Shown: piece after piece, positions 25,301 through 39,400 of the stretch
Numbering within the stretch: the first letter of the stretch is position 1
How the letters are laid out: every line of letters begins with the position of its first letter
Assembly: GCA_951406725.2 (NCBI GenBank)
Contig: OX597819.1
Span: forward strand, 930,001-994,000
Direction: 5' to 3'
Source of the DNA: Octopus vulgaris
Lineage: Eukaryota
DNA length: 64,000 nt
Made by a program: the position numbers and the translations under genes
Notes under the pieces: model-generated
What the model saw: only the letters and a program-made list of their open reading frames with translations
Databases searched by the model: none
Told to the model about the DNA's origin: nothing

Positions 25301-28008
25301 GCCAGTGATACACACACAAAACATTGTATGTATATGGATGCAAACATGCTCATATATAGATTTAATATAAACCCAGGTCTATACGATGTTCTTCATAGTA
25401 CAATTATTTAACAGCTCTATTTTGTGGATAACATTTTTTGATTTTTCTTTCAAGATGGACTGGACAACATGTGAAGATGGAACTTGTGAGAAGGAAGTTA
25501 TTTTTACTAAAATTAAGAACTTTCACTGTTGGTGTTCTAGAAAAAGGATCGATAAATTTGTTTATTTTTAATGCAATATCAGTTTGATTATTAGAAATCT
25601 CCAAGTTAGCTTCATTTAGCTGTTTGTTAGAGTCAATATTTAGATTTCATTCAGCCATGTTGAAGCAAATGAAATTCCATTGATTAAAAACTCATTTTCT
25701 CTTAATTTGCTCTTCACTGACGGAGCTTGACTGATGGCCGTCATATTCTCTCCTTATATATCAGCATCATAGTTATCATTTCAATGTTGATTTTCCCATG
25801 CTTGCATGGATTAGATAGAATTCATTGAGGTACATTTTCTCTTCTTGTTGCTAGCCCCCACTCGTCTCCAAGCAAGCTAATAATCCCCTAGTCTGTCAAA
25901 CAATGAACAGCCTGGACGTAGTTACACAGTGAACTGGAAACGAGCAACACTGAATGAGCCTATTGTTTGTTTACAATCAGTGAACACATTTCACAAACAC
26001 ACAAAATTCATTAAAGTGGTGAATTCAGGGATTTAGAATTTAAAAAAAAAAAAAAGAAAGACTAACAAAAACAATTTAAAAATAGCAATTAAGAATTTTC
26101 CCATCATTCAAAAGGGACATAATATTGTACAGAGATACAGTTAACAACAAACATGATGGCTGACTGACTCTAAGCAATTATAAAAATATTTAAAAAAATT
26201 GCTTCAACTGTGAGAAAGGTGACATTTGCAAAAGCTGTCTTACTCCGGTTGACAGTAAATAGCAGATTCTGCCCCACCCAAAATAGGGAAAGACATATAT
26301 ATGCATATACACACCACATATTCCTTGTGTTTCTTTTGCTCAACTTTTACTTGTTCATCAGACCGAATTTCCATCTCCCGGAGCTGCTCCTCCAAAATGT
26401 GAACCCTGCCAAAGAAAACAATACAACTCAGTTATAAACATAAAGAGATGCAACAATTTTGATCAGAAAAATCGATTTTAATAGAATTCTACCATTCTTA
26501 AATAAATTTTAGCTTGATAAAAAGTTTCCACCAACCTACATATCAGAGATGTGAAAAATGTAAAAACTAAAACTGACTTGGATGCATCATTTTGGTGTAC
26601 AATTTTTCTTCTTCTTTTTTTACCGATTTCAATTAGAATTTAAGTTTCTATTTCAGATATTTCACCCCTGTTTAACCTCGCCAATGCCAGCCATTGAGAG
26701 ATCAGCCTTCAATGTGCTGCCTGTCTGCCATGAACTGCTCATATTAAACTGTATCTTAAATGAAACTTATTATATGAAAATGAACTTGAAATTTTAGTTG
26801 AAAGTTTCATCATTTTATTTAACAACTTTTTCCTTCTGAAACTGTATTTCTAATACCATCTCAATAATTAAATATTTTTTTCTATTTCTTGAATATTTCA
26901 TTATTATTTTCAGCATTCTGAAAGGTACATGTTCTAGTAGTTAGGATGTGATAGTATGTCAGTGTGACTGAAAAATGACCTCAGTTTGAGTGAGATATGT
27001 TGGTATGACTGATAATATGCCAATGTGACTAAGAAAATACTGTATGACTAAGATATGATGCCAAGACAAGGACACACACACAATGGGCTTTTTCTCAGTT
27101 TCCATCAACCAATTCCAATAACAAGGCTTTGGTTGAAGGTTAAACCCGAGGTGCCTTGCAAGGGAACTGAATCCAAAAACCACATGTGGTTGGGAAGCAA
27201 ACATAGCTACACAACCATATTTATATGTTAATATATACTATATAGACTGGTCGCAAGTCAAAATTTGAAAAAAATATATATAGTATAGAGCACAATACAC
27301 AAACTATATATACTACACAATACTATTTATACTAACTCAAGTTAATTAATTTTTATTAGAATGTATTAAAAGTTTTACAACTATCAACAAAAAATTGTGT
27401 CAGGCTAGATTACAGAAATACTTTTGCCTGTGAGGTAATATTTAAACAAAAACAAATTGTGACTATTTCTGGAATGATCAAATTATAGCCATGAAGTAGG
27501 TGTGCAGAGAAAGATGTCGGCAAACTAGTTGAACATCTTTTAAATCATAGTAGTAGAAGAGCTTTTGAACCATTTACACAGTCTCCACTATAATTAGTTT
27601 AAGTAGGCAAAGTATTCCACGCACAAAGAACAGAAAGAGAATTTTAAAAGGTAGGATATCAAAATAATTTTATTGATAATCAGTTCAGTCTTAAAAGACA
27701 AAAATGAAACTAATCTTTTCTAGAATAATATTTGATTGTAGCCAAACTAAATATGTGTGAATATGCATGTGGATATACGTGTGAGTGTGAGAAAGAAACT
27801 AATGTTTGATGAGTTTTCTGAGACTAAGCAGGAAAACTTGCTAAAGTTTGTACAGTAATACATGTAAATTTGAAATCAAATACAAAGAAAAGATAAGAAA
27901 AAAACTGAAGCAAACTTTTGCCAACCACAACACCACTCATGATTTCAGAAGTTCAAACATATTTTGTAATGTATTTTATTTTTACCAGTTCTTGATAAAA
28001 ATAAGATG

Positions 28009-28073
<65 letters not shown>

Positions 28074-31000
28074 CAGAGTTAAATGTGCTAGTTTATACCA
28101 AAATATACAAATAATAAAACATTTCTAATATAAATATATTACAATGAACTGAATATATAAACTGTTTAAGCAAACCTTTGTCCCACCATAATTTAAACTC
28201 TTTCTCTCTAACTGTTTTCTTTATCAAAGCAACAGCCAATGCAGAAAGCTAGTGTACTTCAACTGTACTGATTGTACTTAAAATAATTTTCTTCTTTAAA
28301 TACCTTTTTCAAAATCTCACCGCATACTTTCTAACAACCCACTACATACAGCAAGCAGTCAGCTACAATTTTGGAGCAGTTTATTTTTCGAAATTAAACT
28401 GCTGTCCTTTCTAATTTAGCTGTCACAGTGAACGATACATGCATTACACCAGCCTAATGTCTCGTGTGCAGGAAACTTAATACACATATACTATTACATA
28501 CATAACATGTAGTAAAAAGTATAAAGGTAATTTAAAATAATAGAAAAGGATAAAATTTTCAGATATTTTGTTACTTAAAATGTTAAATGATATAAGTATT
28601 TAAAAAATACTTTCTAAATTAGGAATGAAGATCAACTAGATGAGATGGAAAACTACAGCATTCATATTTTTCCAATGATATTAACACACACCATTTAAAT
28701 AATATAGTACAAGTAAGGTAAATAAAGTAACTAACTGTAGCTACCAATAATTGAAAAGCTCCTTTTAACTCTATTACTTATGTCAGTAACATTTTGTGGA
28801 CTCTAATCAGATACAAATTAACAAAGTATTTATCATGAAAAGAAGGAAATTTCTTTAATACATTTATCATTAACCAATCTTTAACTCATTAATAAATTTA
28901 TCACCAACCACCCTTAATTAATTTTATAAAGTTGATAACAAGGATCTATTATTAACCCCAATATTCATTTAGTTTATCAATAACCTGTCAATTACTATCA
29001 GCACCAAACACTTTTATTCTGATAAAATATCACCATTTCTTCAAGATCATACTTTGCTTCTTGCAAATAATAATTGATTCTACCAGCTATTCACCTTTAT
29101 CAATAAAAATCCTTCATGATAATCTCCAACTGAAATTTGACCACATGATGGCATTCCACATGATGGCATTCCACATGATGGCATTCCACATGATGGCATT
29201 CAACTACACTAAACTGCATCTGTTCTTTTCCACCTTAACCTTCAGAATGACAATATCATTCTGGACTCTTTGAATTCTAATGTTGTTCTCATATTAACAT
29301 TGGTCAAATTTCTTCACAATTTAACTTGTATTTAATAGCCAAGAAGTGTTTCAGTTGATACAGTTAAGGCTAAATTACAAACCAGAACAGAGTACTGCAT
29401 ACCTATTGAAAACATCTTAAATAATATTCAAATTAATTCATTAGCCTGATTGATTCAGCCCATGCGAGCATGGAAGAAGGACACTGAACACTGATGATGA
29501 TGATCTATTCTCAACTTTATCCCATAGCCACCAACTATCTAATTTTGCATCTTCTCCAAATACAACACTTAGGTACATGCCATTCATGCTCAAATCTATC
29601 CATTCCTTCCACTTATTGCTTTCCACAATATATTTTCTTCCTAATTTTTACATTCAACTTTACATTTAATCTTTTCTTATAACTATTGCATTGTTGGATT
29701 CCCTTCAATGCTATGTATTTCAACCAAGTACTAACTTCACTAATTTATTATAAGCCACAAATTAAGTGCACCAATCTAAATCTTTCTACTTCTAAGCCAT
29801 AACATGAAATGGACCTTGTTATAAATTATATCAATTTTTCTTAGAGACACCACTTAGCAATACTTAATTTCTATTTCAACTATAAATCTCTAAACTCAAC
29901 ACATTTTATACATACTTGTTTTATAACGAGTAAAATTACAATACAGAGTATTACATATGATTAATTGAAAGTGTAGTTAAGCAAATCATTAAGAAAAAGA
30001 TGAAATTTTCAAACTTTTTTAGTTCAAAACATCTTTTTTCAAGATTTATTTTATTTACATTACAAGTTTATTTACATTTCAACTATACCATAAATAAAGC
30101 TATCTTAAAAACTATCTATTTACATTATATTTTGCCAAAGCTTTAAGTTTAGCAATCTGTTATATCTAAAGAGGTAATAAAGCAAATAATTTGTGACATT
30201 AAAGATATAGCAACAAAGCCAAACCTAATAATTTCATTCAATTAAATAAATAGAATGAGTAATTCACTGTATACACATAACCCTCCAATTCTACAAAAAA
30301 TTTAGTATTTATTCAATATCACAAGCTAATAATAGCCTTTTAGCACTCAAAATGCTCTATTCAGAATGTATATGCTAAGTGTTTAAAGCAGCTAATTTTA
30401 ATGGAAATGTTGATTTTCTCTAACAAAAATGATTTGTATAAATTGTAAATGTAATTTAGGCTTTGTTAATCTTTTTTTTTTTTTTTTTTGAGTATTTCCA
30501 GATAACTGTTTTCCTGTTGGGGAAGCATTCTTGTCGATAATTGTGAACAGGAGTAGAAAAGTTACAATAGACTTTCTTTACTTGGAGTTCTTTTGAAAAC
30601 TTTATTTATGAAACATTTACACAAAGAGATGTATTTAGTTGTGGCTGACTGATTAGAAAGTGATACATTCAAATATTGGTTTTAAAATTTGGCACAAGAC
30701 TAACAAGTAAACCCAGTGCTCAACTGGTACTTATTTTATCAACCCCAAAAGGATGAAAAGCAAAGTTGACCGTGGCAAAATTTGAACTCAGAATGTAAAG
30801 ACAGATGAAATGCTAAGTATTTTGCCAGGTGACACATTCAAATATTGATACTAATTTTATATTGTGTCAGACAAAACAGAGTGCTGCTCAATATCATAGT
30901 TCTGATGTCACAGTCAAGTTCACATAAAAATTTTAAAAATAAATCACAAGAAGACTTTATAATTTATAGAAGCTGAACTGAACAAATCCTTTAAAATATT

Positions 31001-33369
31001 CTAGATATAAATGTCAAAAAAACTTTAAATTTAAGCTACAGTTAAGAGATTGCTATTAAAAGTTGTTAACTTTTACAAAAGAAGAAAATACTATTATACC
31101 AAACAATTAGGAATTATTAAACAACCAAATGTGAAGAAAAAAAATCCTTAAAAATAATTATGTTCCACAAAAGGAACATATAAGTGAATGCCTGACATTA
31201 ATCACTTTAAATATCAAATACATATTTAAAAAAAAATGTTATTTATTAACAATACTTTAGAGGAGACTATAGACTCATTTCAGTTACCATAATCCTAATT
31301 TGAAGAGCTACTAGTCAAATTAACTACATTTCATGTAGATTAAAATCAATCTATCATCTACAATAATACAACAGTTAAAAATCGAAAACAATTTCACATT
31401 GCTATCAAAACTGTTTATTTCTGTAACTAAAATCACAATCTTGGTTTTATTTAATATCATTATTATGGAGAAAATTTGTGAAATGTTAGCAGTAAACAAA
31501 GAGAATAAAATGAACCTTAATCATAAGAAATTTCTTCAATAAGGTGGGTCATTTCTTTTTTTTAAAACTTAACTAATTCCAAAGTTATTACCTTCTAGGT
31601 TTGGCTCTTTCATCCCATACAAACATTTGATAGAAGTATTAACCTAATTCATGTGACAAATGCTATAATATATTGATTGAAACCCATACACAGGTGTATT
31701 AAACTGCATGAATATTTACTATATAAGGTTTAGGCTTAGCCATACTGACTACTGATAATGAATGACTCATTCATCACAGAGAAAGAAAGAAAACAGCGGA
31801 AGAGGTTTGAACTAAATACAAATAGTTTTACTAAGCGTTTACCGAGATCAACAGCCAGAAGTGAAAATATGTTATTTAGCTGAGTATAGGCAAGAAAATA
31901 GAATGACTTTATGTAAATAAATAGGATCATAAAGTTGGAAAGGGATACAATTGTCTGAAAAAATACGAATAAAATTTTAAAAAAGTAAATCATTTACCAT
32001 AGTTAGTTTTAACAAAAAATGAATTTAAAAAGTATGATCTTAAGGAAAGGATAAAATATAGTATTATCAAAATTAGTTCCTACAATGAAACGCTAAATCT
32101 CAAAAGTAAATAGTCTTGTTTTATTAACATTTCCTTTTAGTGACATTAAATATTACAAGATTTTAAGAATACTTTGAAGCCAAAGGAAATCTAATAAAAT
32201 CATTTCAACAGCAGACTAGACACTATTAAGTAAATATATTGGAAAGCACAACACATGGTGAAACACTATACAACCCATACTAGCATGAAAATGATGATGA
32301 TGTGTATGAATACGGTTAGACAAAATGAAATATATAACAATAAGATACAAAAATGTTTATTACAAAGAACATATACAATGCTTTTACTGAAGACAACTTC
32401 ATGCAGACAAATATATATAAGAATTGAAAGAAAAAAATGTTTAACTTCTGTCTTAAAATGTTTTAATTTATTGAACTGGTTAACCTCATCTTATACTCCC
32501 TTTTTTTCTTTTTTGTGGACAGAATTTTCCATTTTTATGATTCTGGTATTATCCTTTGAAAAATAGTAAGGTAAGACTATAGGTGAAAGACAAATAATTG
32601 TTGTCCTTATTTTCTCTTGCTTTTAGAACTACTTTAACCTTATCAACAACATTTTAAAGTTTAAAAGATATATAGAACCATACATAGCAGTTTAACAGAT
32701 TTACGAAATGTTATTAAAGTACTTCAGAACAAACTGTTTCACTTTGAGAAACTATTAGTTAAACTACTGCTTTGGAACTAACTGTTTTATGTGATTGGTA
32801 ACCTAATACATTAAACTACTTCAGAGTTAAGTGTTTTATGTGAAAAACCAGTATGGAAATAATTAATTCAGCTAGTTACTAATGTAAAATCATCAACTCT
32901 TATCACTTAAGGAGATTTATATAGAAAAACACAAGTAACTTGTAATCATATAATTAAAGATGAATATGTTATTGAGGGTTTTACAGCTGGATGCCCTTCC
33001 TGTCATGAACCCTTTTTCAGACAGTGTATCTAAAACTTCATTATATTTCATTATCCAGTGTCTTTCTTTTTCTAAGAGGTCAGATTGTGATTTGAGAGAA
33101 TTGGCTACTATTTTTAGCAGGTCAAACAACTACATAAAAGGTTCCTTGTCGGCTCCAAATCACAACTGTACAAGACAAGAAATGGTAGCATAATTTGAAT
33201 ATAACTAGACACAATATTTCATGTTTAACTGACTTTAAGGCCAACTACCAGATTATTTTATATTAAAGATGTAAAAAAACATTGGATTAACTTGATTACA
33301 TAACTAACACCCTATCTTTTACAAGATAACACATTCATGCAACTGAGACGAAATTGCAAACTGAGAATA

Positions 33370-33432
<63 letters not shown>

Positions 33433-36400
33433 GAAGTGAAAAAGAGAAAGAAAAATGAGCAGATCATATTACATTAACTATACTGTTTTCCTTGTACAAG
33501 GATAGCCTTATTTGTAGAAAAATAAAAGAAAGTTTGATTTTATTCTATTTGTGGAGAAAATCAGCATTTTTTAAAACCAATTTCAGGAAAAAGAATTCAA
33601 AAAAGTAGATTCAAAAAAAAAAAAAAGAAAAAAAGACAAATTTCACTGCTAATAGAGAATGTATTCTAATACACATTGCTTGATAATTGACCAGGGTGGC
33701 CATCAGGGTACGATTGTATTATCCTGTTAGTCAAGAAAGAAAGTAATTAATACTTATTTCCAACAGAAAAGTTCTATGTTCTTTAGTTAGCAATTTCACT
33801 CATTGTCAACAGGGAGAAAAAAAAAGTAGCCTCAGTTCTTTCTTAAGCTTTAGATATTACAAGTAGCTAAATCTAAGTTTTATTTATAAACAAGACAGAA
33901 AAATCATGCAATTACATGATACATCTTCAAAATATTTGATTCAAGTAAAAAAGTAACAACAACTGGTAACGTAACAACAACACTTATAAGTTGAAAACAC
34001 ATGCATATATGTTTAATCCTCAAGTGAGGCTAGCATTTAAAAACCATAATTATTTTCAAATTAATAGAAAGGACAAAAAAAAACATTCAATATTTTGGCA
34101 AAGACTTCCCCCATGCTTTTGTCTTGAAGATTGAAACACAGTCATGATGCATTAGATAATTAAGTGTCTTGTAATTGCAATAAATTAGCTAAAGTATTTT
34201 TAAATTTTACTATAACACCATCCATGCAATTTATGCTAGGAAAATTAATATGCATATTTGCTCAAGATGCAGCTACAAACAAACAAAAAAATCTGAAATC
34301 AAATTTCTCATTCAGAACATACATAATTTCCAGGCAAAAATTCTGTAACTTACCGATAAACGATATCACTAAAAATAGTGAGGGGGAAAAAAAAAAAAAT
34401 CACAGTTTTTTTGTTTTCTCAAATAAATTTAAAATTATAAATGTATATGCTAACAGATCTTAAAATGCTAACAGATCTTAAAGTGCAAACAGAATAGGAA
34501 AGTATTGAAACATAATGAGTTCTTTGTGTGGATCTTATTATTATAAAGCATTTATAGTGCACAGATACTATTATGTTAACTAATCAAAGGGTAATTTTAA
34601 AATAGTATATATACTTATGCTAGATGCTGGAGCACATTATTTTCATGAAAAAGAAAAAGTACTTCAGGACATTGCTGTCCTGAGCCAGAGTATATGTGAT
34701 TGAGATCACAATATTGCCCCTGAAAAAGAAGTCAGTCCATTACAGGGTCACTCATTTGCAACTGAGTGGACTTGGAGCAATATCAAATTAAGTGCTTTGC
34801 TCAAAAACACAATATACCACCTATATAGAAAACTGAAACCACAATCTTGCAATCCTGAGTGTAACACCTTGGCCATGAGGCTACATGATTTCGGGGTTAC
34901 AAAATCTACACAAAAGCTCTTCAATGCTTTTTATTTTAGCTTCTTTTATATTATTAAATAATTAAAAAGCCTTAATCATAAAATTTTTTTATAAAAACAG
35001 AAAGGCATTTCTTCAAATTAAAACTTTATTTTTATACTAAATGACTTTTGCCATCTTAATTGTTGTTTCTTGATAAGGTCTGTGGTGCTCCATCATCCAA
35101 ATAAATTATTATAGCAGTTGTAATTCTGTCTGATATTGAAAAGGAAATCAAATGTAAATTCAATTAACAAGAATGTAAGTTTGATTAATAAGTTTCCATA
35201 AATACATGATGTATTTGATGGTTGACAAAGACCACCAAATACATGATTATATTATTTTCATTGATTGTCAAATCTATTTATTCATGTCATATTTTGCTGG
35301 TTCTAATCAAAGAATATAAGTATGAATTATTGAACAAAGATTTTACAATACTAACCCCTCAACAGTGAACTGAAAGCGAACACATTTTCAAATAATTTTA
35401 CTGAGTAAGCAAACTAATGAACATGTGCAACATTTTAATTACAGTAACCAACTAAATGAAATCATTTTCACAAACGTCTATGTGAATATCCACTGTATGT
35501 AAATTTAGGGAACTGAATCAAATTAACTCCTCCCCTTTTCAATGATTATTTTACTTTGGTGCAATGAATTCTACTGCTACTCTGTGCATTTTTGAATTAT
35601 CATTAGCTCTCCAAATAACAAACAGAACGACAAGAGATAAGATTTACACTTGTAACCATAGGTCAAAGATAAAATTCAGAAAACTTAGTTATATTTTTTT
35701 TATACAATAAAATTTTACAAAGATTTCTGATTGGCATCCTTGCATTTTACAGATTCTCAAAAAAAAGTAAGCATCAATATATTCAGTCTCATATATTATT
35801 CTTATAGAATCCCAAATTTTTGTTACATTAATAAAAAAAAAAAAAAATGAAAAAATTTATTGCACTTTTGACATTATTTTGATTTAATGATCTGTTAGTT
35901 ACTGGACATTTTTTAATATCAATTATATAAAATGTTTTGAGGACTTACTTTTGAATAAGACTACAGTTTTCTTCTTTTAATCTTTGATGCTTATCGTCAT
36001 TCTTCATTTGGCTTTCAGTCAAAAGTGAAATTTGCTTTTCAAGACTTCTTACCTAGAAAGCAAAAGTAATTAAAAATCAAATCTATAGAAATATTTTTAG
36101 ATATCATCAGCATCATTATCATTATTATAGTTTTTCTACTGAATCCATTCTATATTTTAATTTAAAGGTCAGTCAAACTGATTATTAAGAGAGGAAATTG
36201 ATTAATAATTCCATTACAAATTTGGAACTAATAATAAAGTATCTTTTATTTTTTACTTATTTCAGTCATTAAACTGTTGTTATCTTGAGGCAACACCTTG
36301 AAGGGTTTAGCCAAACAAATTGACTCCTGTACTTTATTTTTATCTAAGCCTGGTACTTACACTACTGCTCTTTTTTTACTAAACCATTAAGTTGCAGAGA

Positions 36401-39400
36401 AGTAAAAACAGCAACAATGGTTGTCACATGGGGTGGTGGGAACAAACACAAACACACACCACAAAAATCATCATCATTTAACATTTGTTTTCTATGGTGG
36501 TGTGGGTTAGGCAGTTTCTAGTTGTCTGTTTTGGCTTCGCTTCTATGGCTGGATGCCCTTCCTAATGCCAACCACTTTACAGAGTATGCAGGGTGTTTTT
36601 TATATGTCACTAGCAGAAAAACACACACACAAATATGATAGGATTCCTTCAGTTTCCATTTACCAAATACACTCACTTCCTGAGGCTACGGAAGAGAACA
36701 CTTGTTCAAGGTGCTCTGCAGTGGGAGTGAACCAGAAGTAAACTTCTTGCCACACAAGATGTAGATGGAAATTGTGCTTAAGACAAAAAGAGAAAGTACA
36801 ATGCAGAAAAACAAAAACAAAAAGAAATGGAAAAACAAAACATTGTTACAGTAAGGTTGGGTCAAAGAAGTATTTGTATATAAGAAAGCTTACACAAGAG
36901 TGGACCAAAGAGGCATTTAGAGAAAGACAATACCGTCAACAGTGATAGAGATTTATCCATACAAATATGGTGGCTACAAGAAATGTATATGTACTTACTT
37001 TGTCATTTAATACTTCAAAATTACCATCAATATCATCAATAAGTTCATCAGAACCTATGCTGTTTCTTCTAGATGGGCTACGACTAGCTCGTTGCAATTG
37101 ACTAGAAATAGAAAAGAAATCCTCAATTTTCTTCAATGTTTTTCAACATCAAATATAAAGATAAGAATAAAAGATAAGCTAACCTGTTATGGTGGCTCTA
37201 CATGTTCATAAACAGTATGTATCTAGTGTACTAAAGTAAAATTGAGACATTTCTCATAAGTATTCATTATTCTAGCAAAAAGTTTGTCTCGTCTGCTTAT
37301 TCCCTAACTGAATCAAGCTCAATCAATATTATTCAAACTAATCAATAATTGTGATTTTTCACTGTTCACTAGAATCCATACTTTTTCATTTAACTACATC
37401 ACCAGAAAATAATGATATAATCAATTATTCATAGGTGGTTTCTAATGTTTCAGGTGACCATTAGAATAGGTATAGTTCCCAACTCTCTGAACATTTATAG
37501 TAGATCCTCTTCTTTCATTGCTTTTTAACTGATAACTGATAGGAAATCCTATTGATGTCAATATGAGTAAAGATTCTCTGAACTTCTTCCCAGTGAGCAA
37601 AGCTTTTTGACCATTTCTGTGTAAAATAAATCTAAAACTTTAAAAGCTTCATGGCTAATTAATTAATCAATTAAAATAGATTCACATTAGATATGAGATT
37701 AATAACATTTTGAAGTTTAACTTAATAGAGGTGAAAAAGGAGAAACGTAAGCAAATTTCAAGTACAAATATTTTGCAGAATTTTTTTTTAAAATATAAAA
37801 GTAAATTATACCAGGACAGATCACCACCACTGTTTTCAAAGAATTTAAGTTTTCATGCAAAAGATCGGCAACAGATCAACATCAGTCAACAGATCATTCA
37901 ATGCTCCACATTAAGCAGGAACCTTTTCAATTTGTGTCAAGTATGCCAATAATTTAATTTCCTAGATATTAATCTTATCTTTGCAATAAGATGGACCAAA
38001 GATCTTAAATAATTCTCAATCTCACAATCCAAATATAAGATTTATAATTTGGTTTTGAAAATTATCTTTTAAATCGTATACATATTTCATAGGGTTTTAA
38101 GATATGCTCCTTAAATTTATTGTTTCAAACATAAAGTGTATATTATATCTGTTGCAAACAGTTTATGTCAGAATTACTCCATTTACTTATTTACTGATTT
38201 AAATTTATCTTTGAATATATGTGCTTCTGTTGGTTTGGTTAGTCTTTCATTGTCTTTTAGATGGTAAACATGAGATGCTCATTCCCCATTTTTAGTTACC
38301 AGCACTTTTGTTCATTGCCCCCTGCTCCAATGAATTACCTTTCATATTCATTGCTGTTTTGTTTTTTTATTATTGTTGTTAATATTAATACTATTAATAC
38401 ATTTATCTCTCTTTTCCTTTCCTACCTAAACTCTCTCCTTTTATCTTACCGACCATCTCTCTTTGTAAATTAAAAACATTTTCCTCTATCTAGGTTTACA
38501 AACGATAAAGTTGTTCTAAAGATATTCTCTTTCCTCTTAGAAATCCCCCCCCCTCAATTCACCTTCTGGGATTAGGGTGTTGAAAATACATGTAATTTCT
38601 AACCGCCACTCCCAATGTACACACTATCCCCACACCCTCTATCACAATTTCCAAGAAACCCCTCATGATGCATTCCCTTGAAAATGCTATTATGCAGCAT
38701 CACTTTGAAAATGTCTAGAGATCCCAGTGGCTCATATTTTCAAACTCATGATATTCAGTTACTTTCAATTTTCTCTCTGCCTCTCATTTGTTCACCTTTT
38801 GTGTCTCAACCCATACATAGTTACTATACATGTTTATTCGATATTTATGCATGTGTCAAAGTTAACATCAATCTACATCTAAGACATTCCTTGCATCAGT
38901 TATCAAAATAGATTGAGCTAACTGGATTAAATTCTATGTCAAGCATTAATAATGGCTTTAAATTTTGGCACAGCACCAACAATTTGGTGGGAGAAGGTAA
39001 GTGCTAAACTGGTGCTTATTTTATTGACCCCCACAAAAAAATTGAAGGCAAAAATGACTTCGGCAGCATTTGAACTTAGAATATAAAGAGCTGGAAGAAA
39101 TGCCACTAGCATTTTGTCTGGCATGATAGTAAATTCGCCAGCTCATCATCCAATGTTAAATGAAGTCAGAAACTTAAAATCAAAGGCAAAAATCTGCTGG
39201 TTGCTGCCAGGCAATTGTGTAAGTGTTTCTTCCTCCTTTTCAGGTACTAACTACAGGATCTGTTCACAGTATTCTGTAATTGAAATAGTCAAGCTATGCA
39301 ATGGGATAACTAAGTTTAGGCTAGTCACATGACAGCAACATTTAACACAGGCGTTAAACAGGTAGTTAAACAGCAGGATTATTAGGAGACCCTTCAGTAG

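Noticed and set aside
29141-29200. CRISPR-like array
   Set aside because: No spacers, 15-bp unit, eukaryotic intron, no cas genes.
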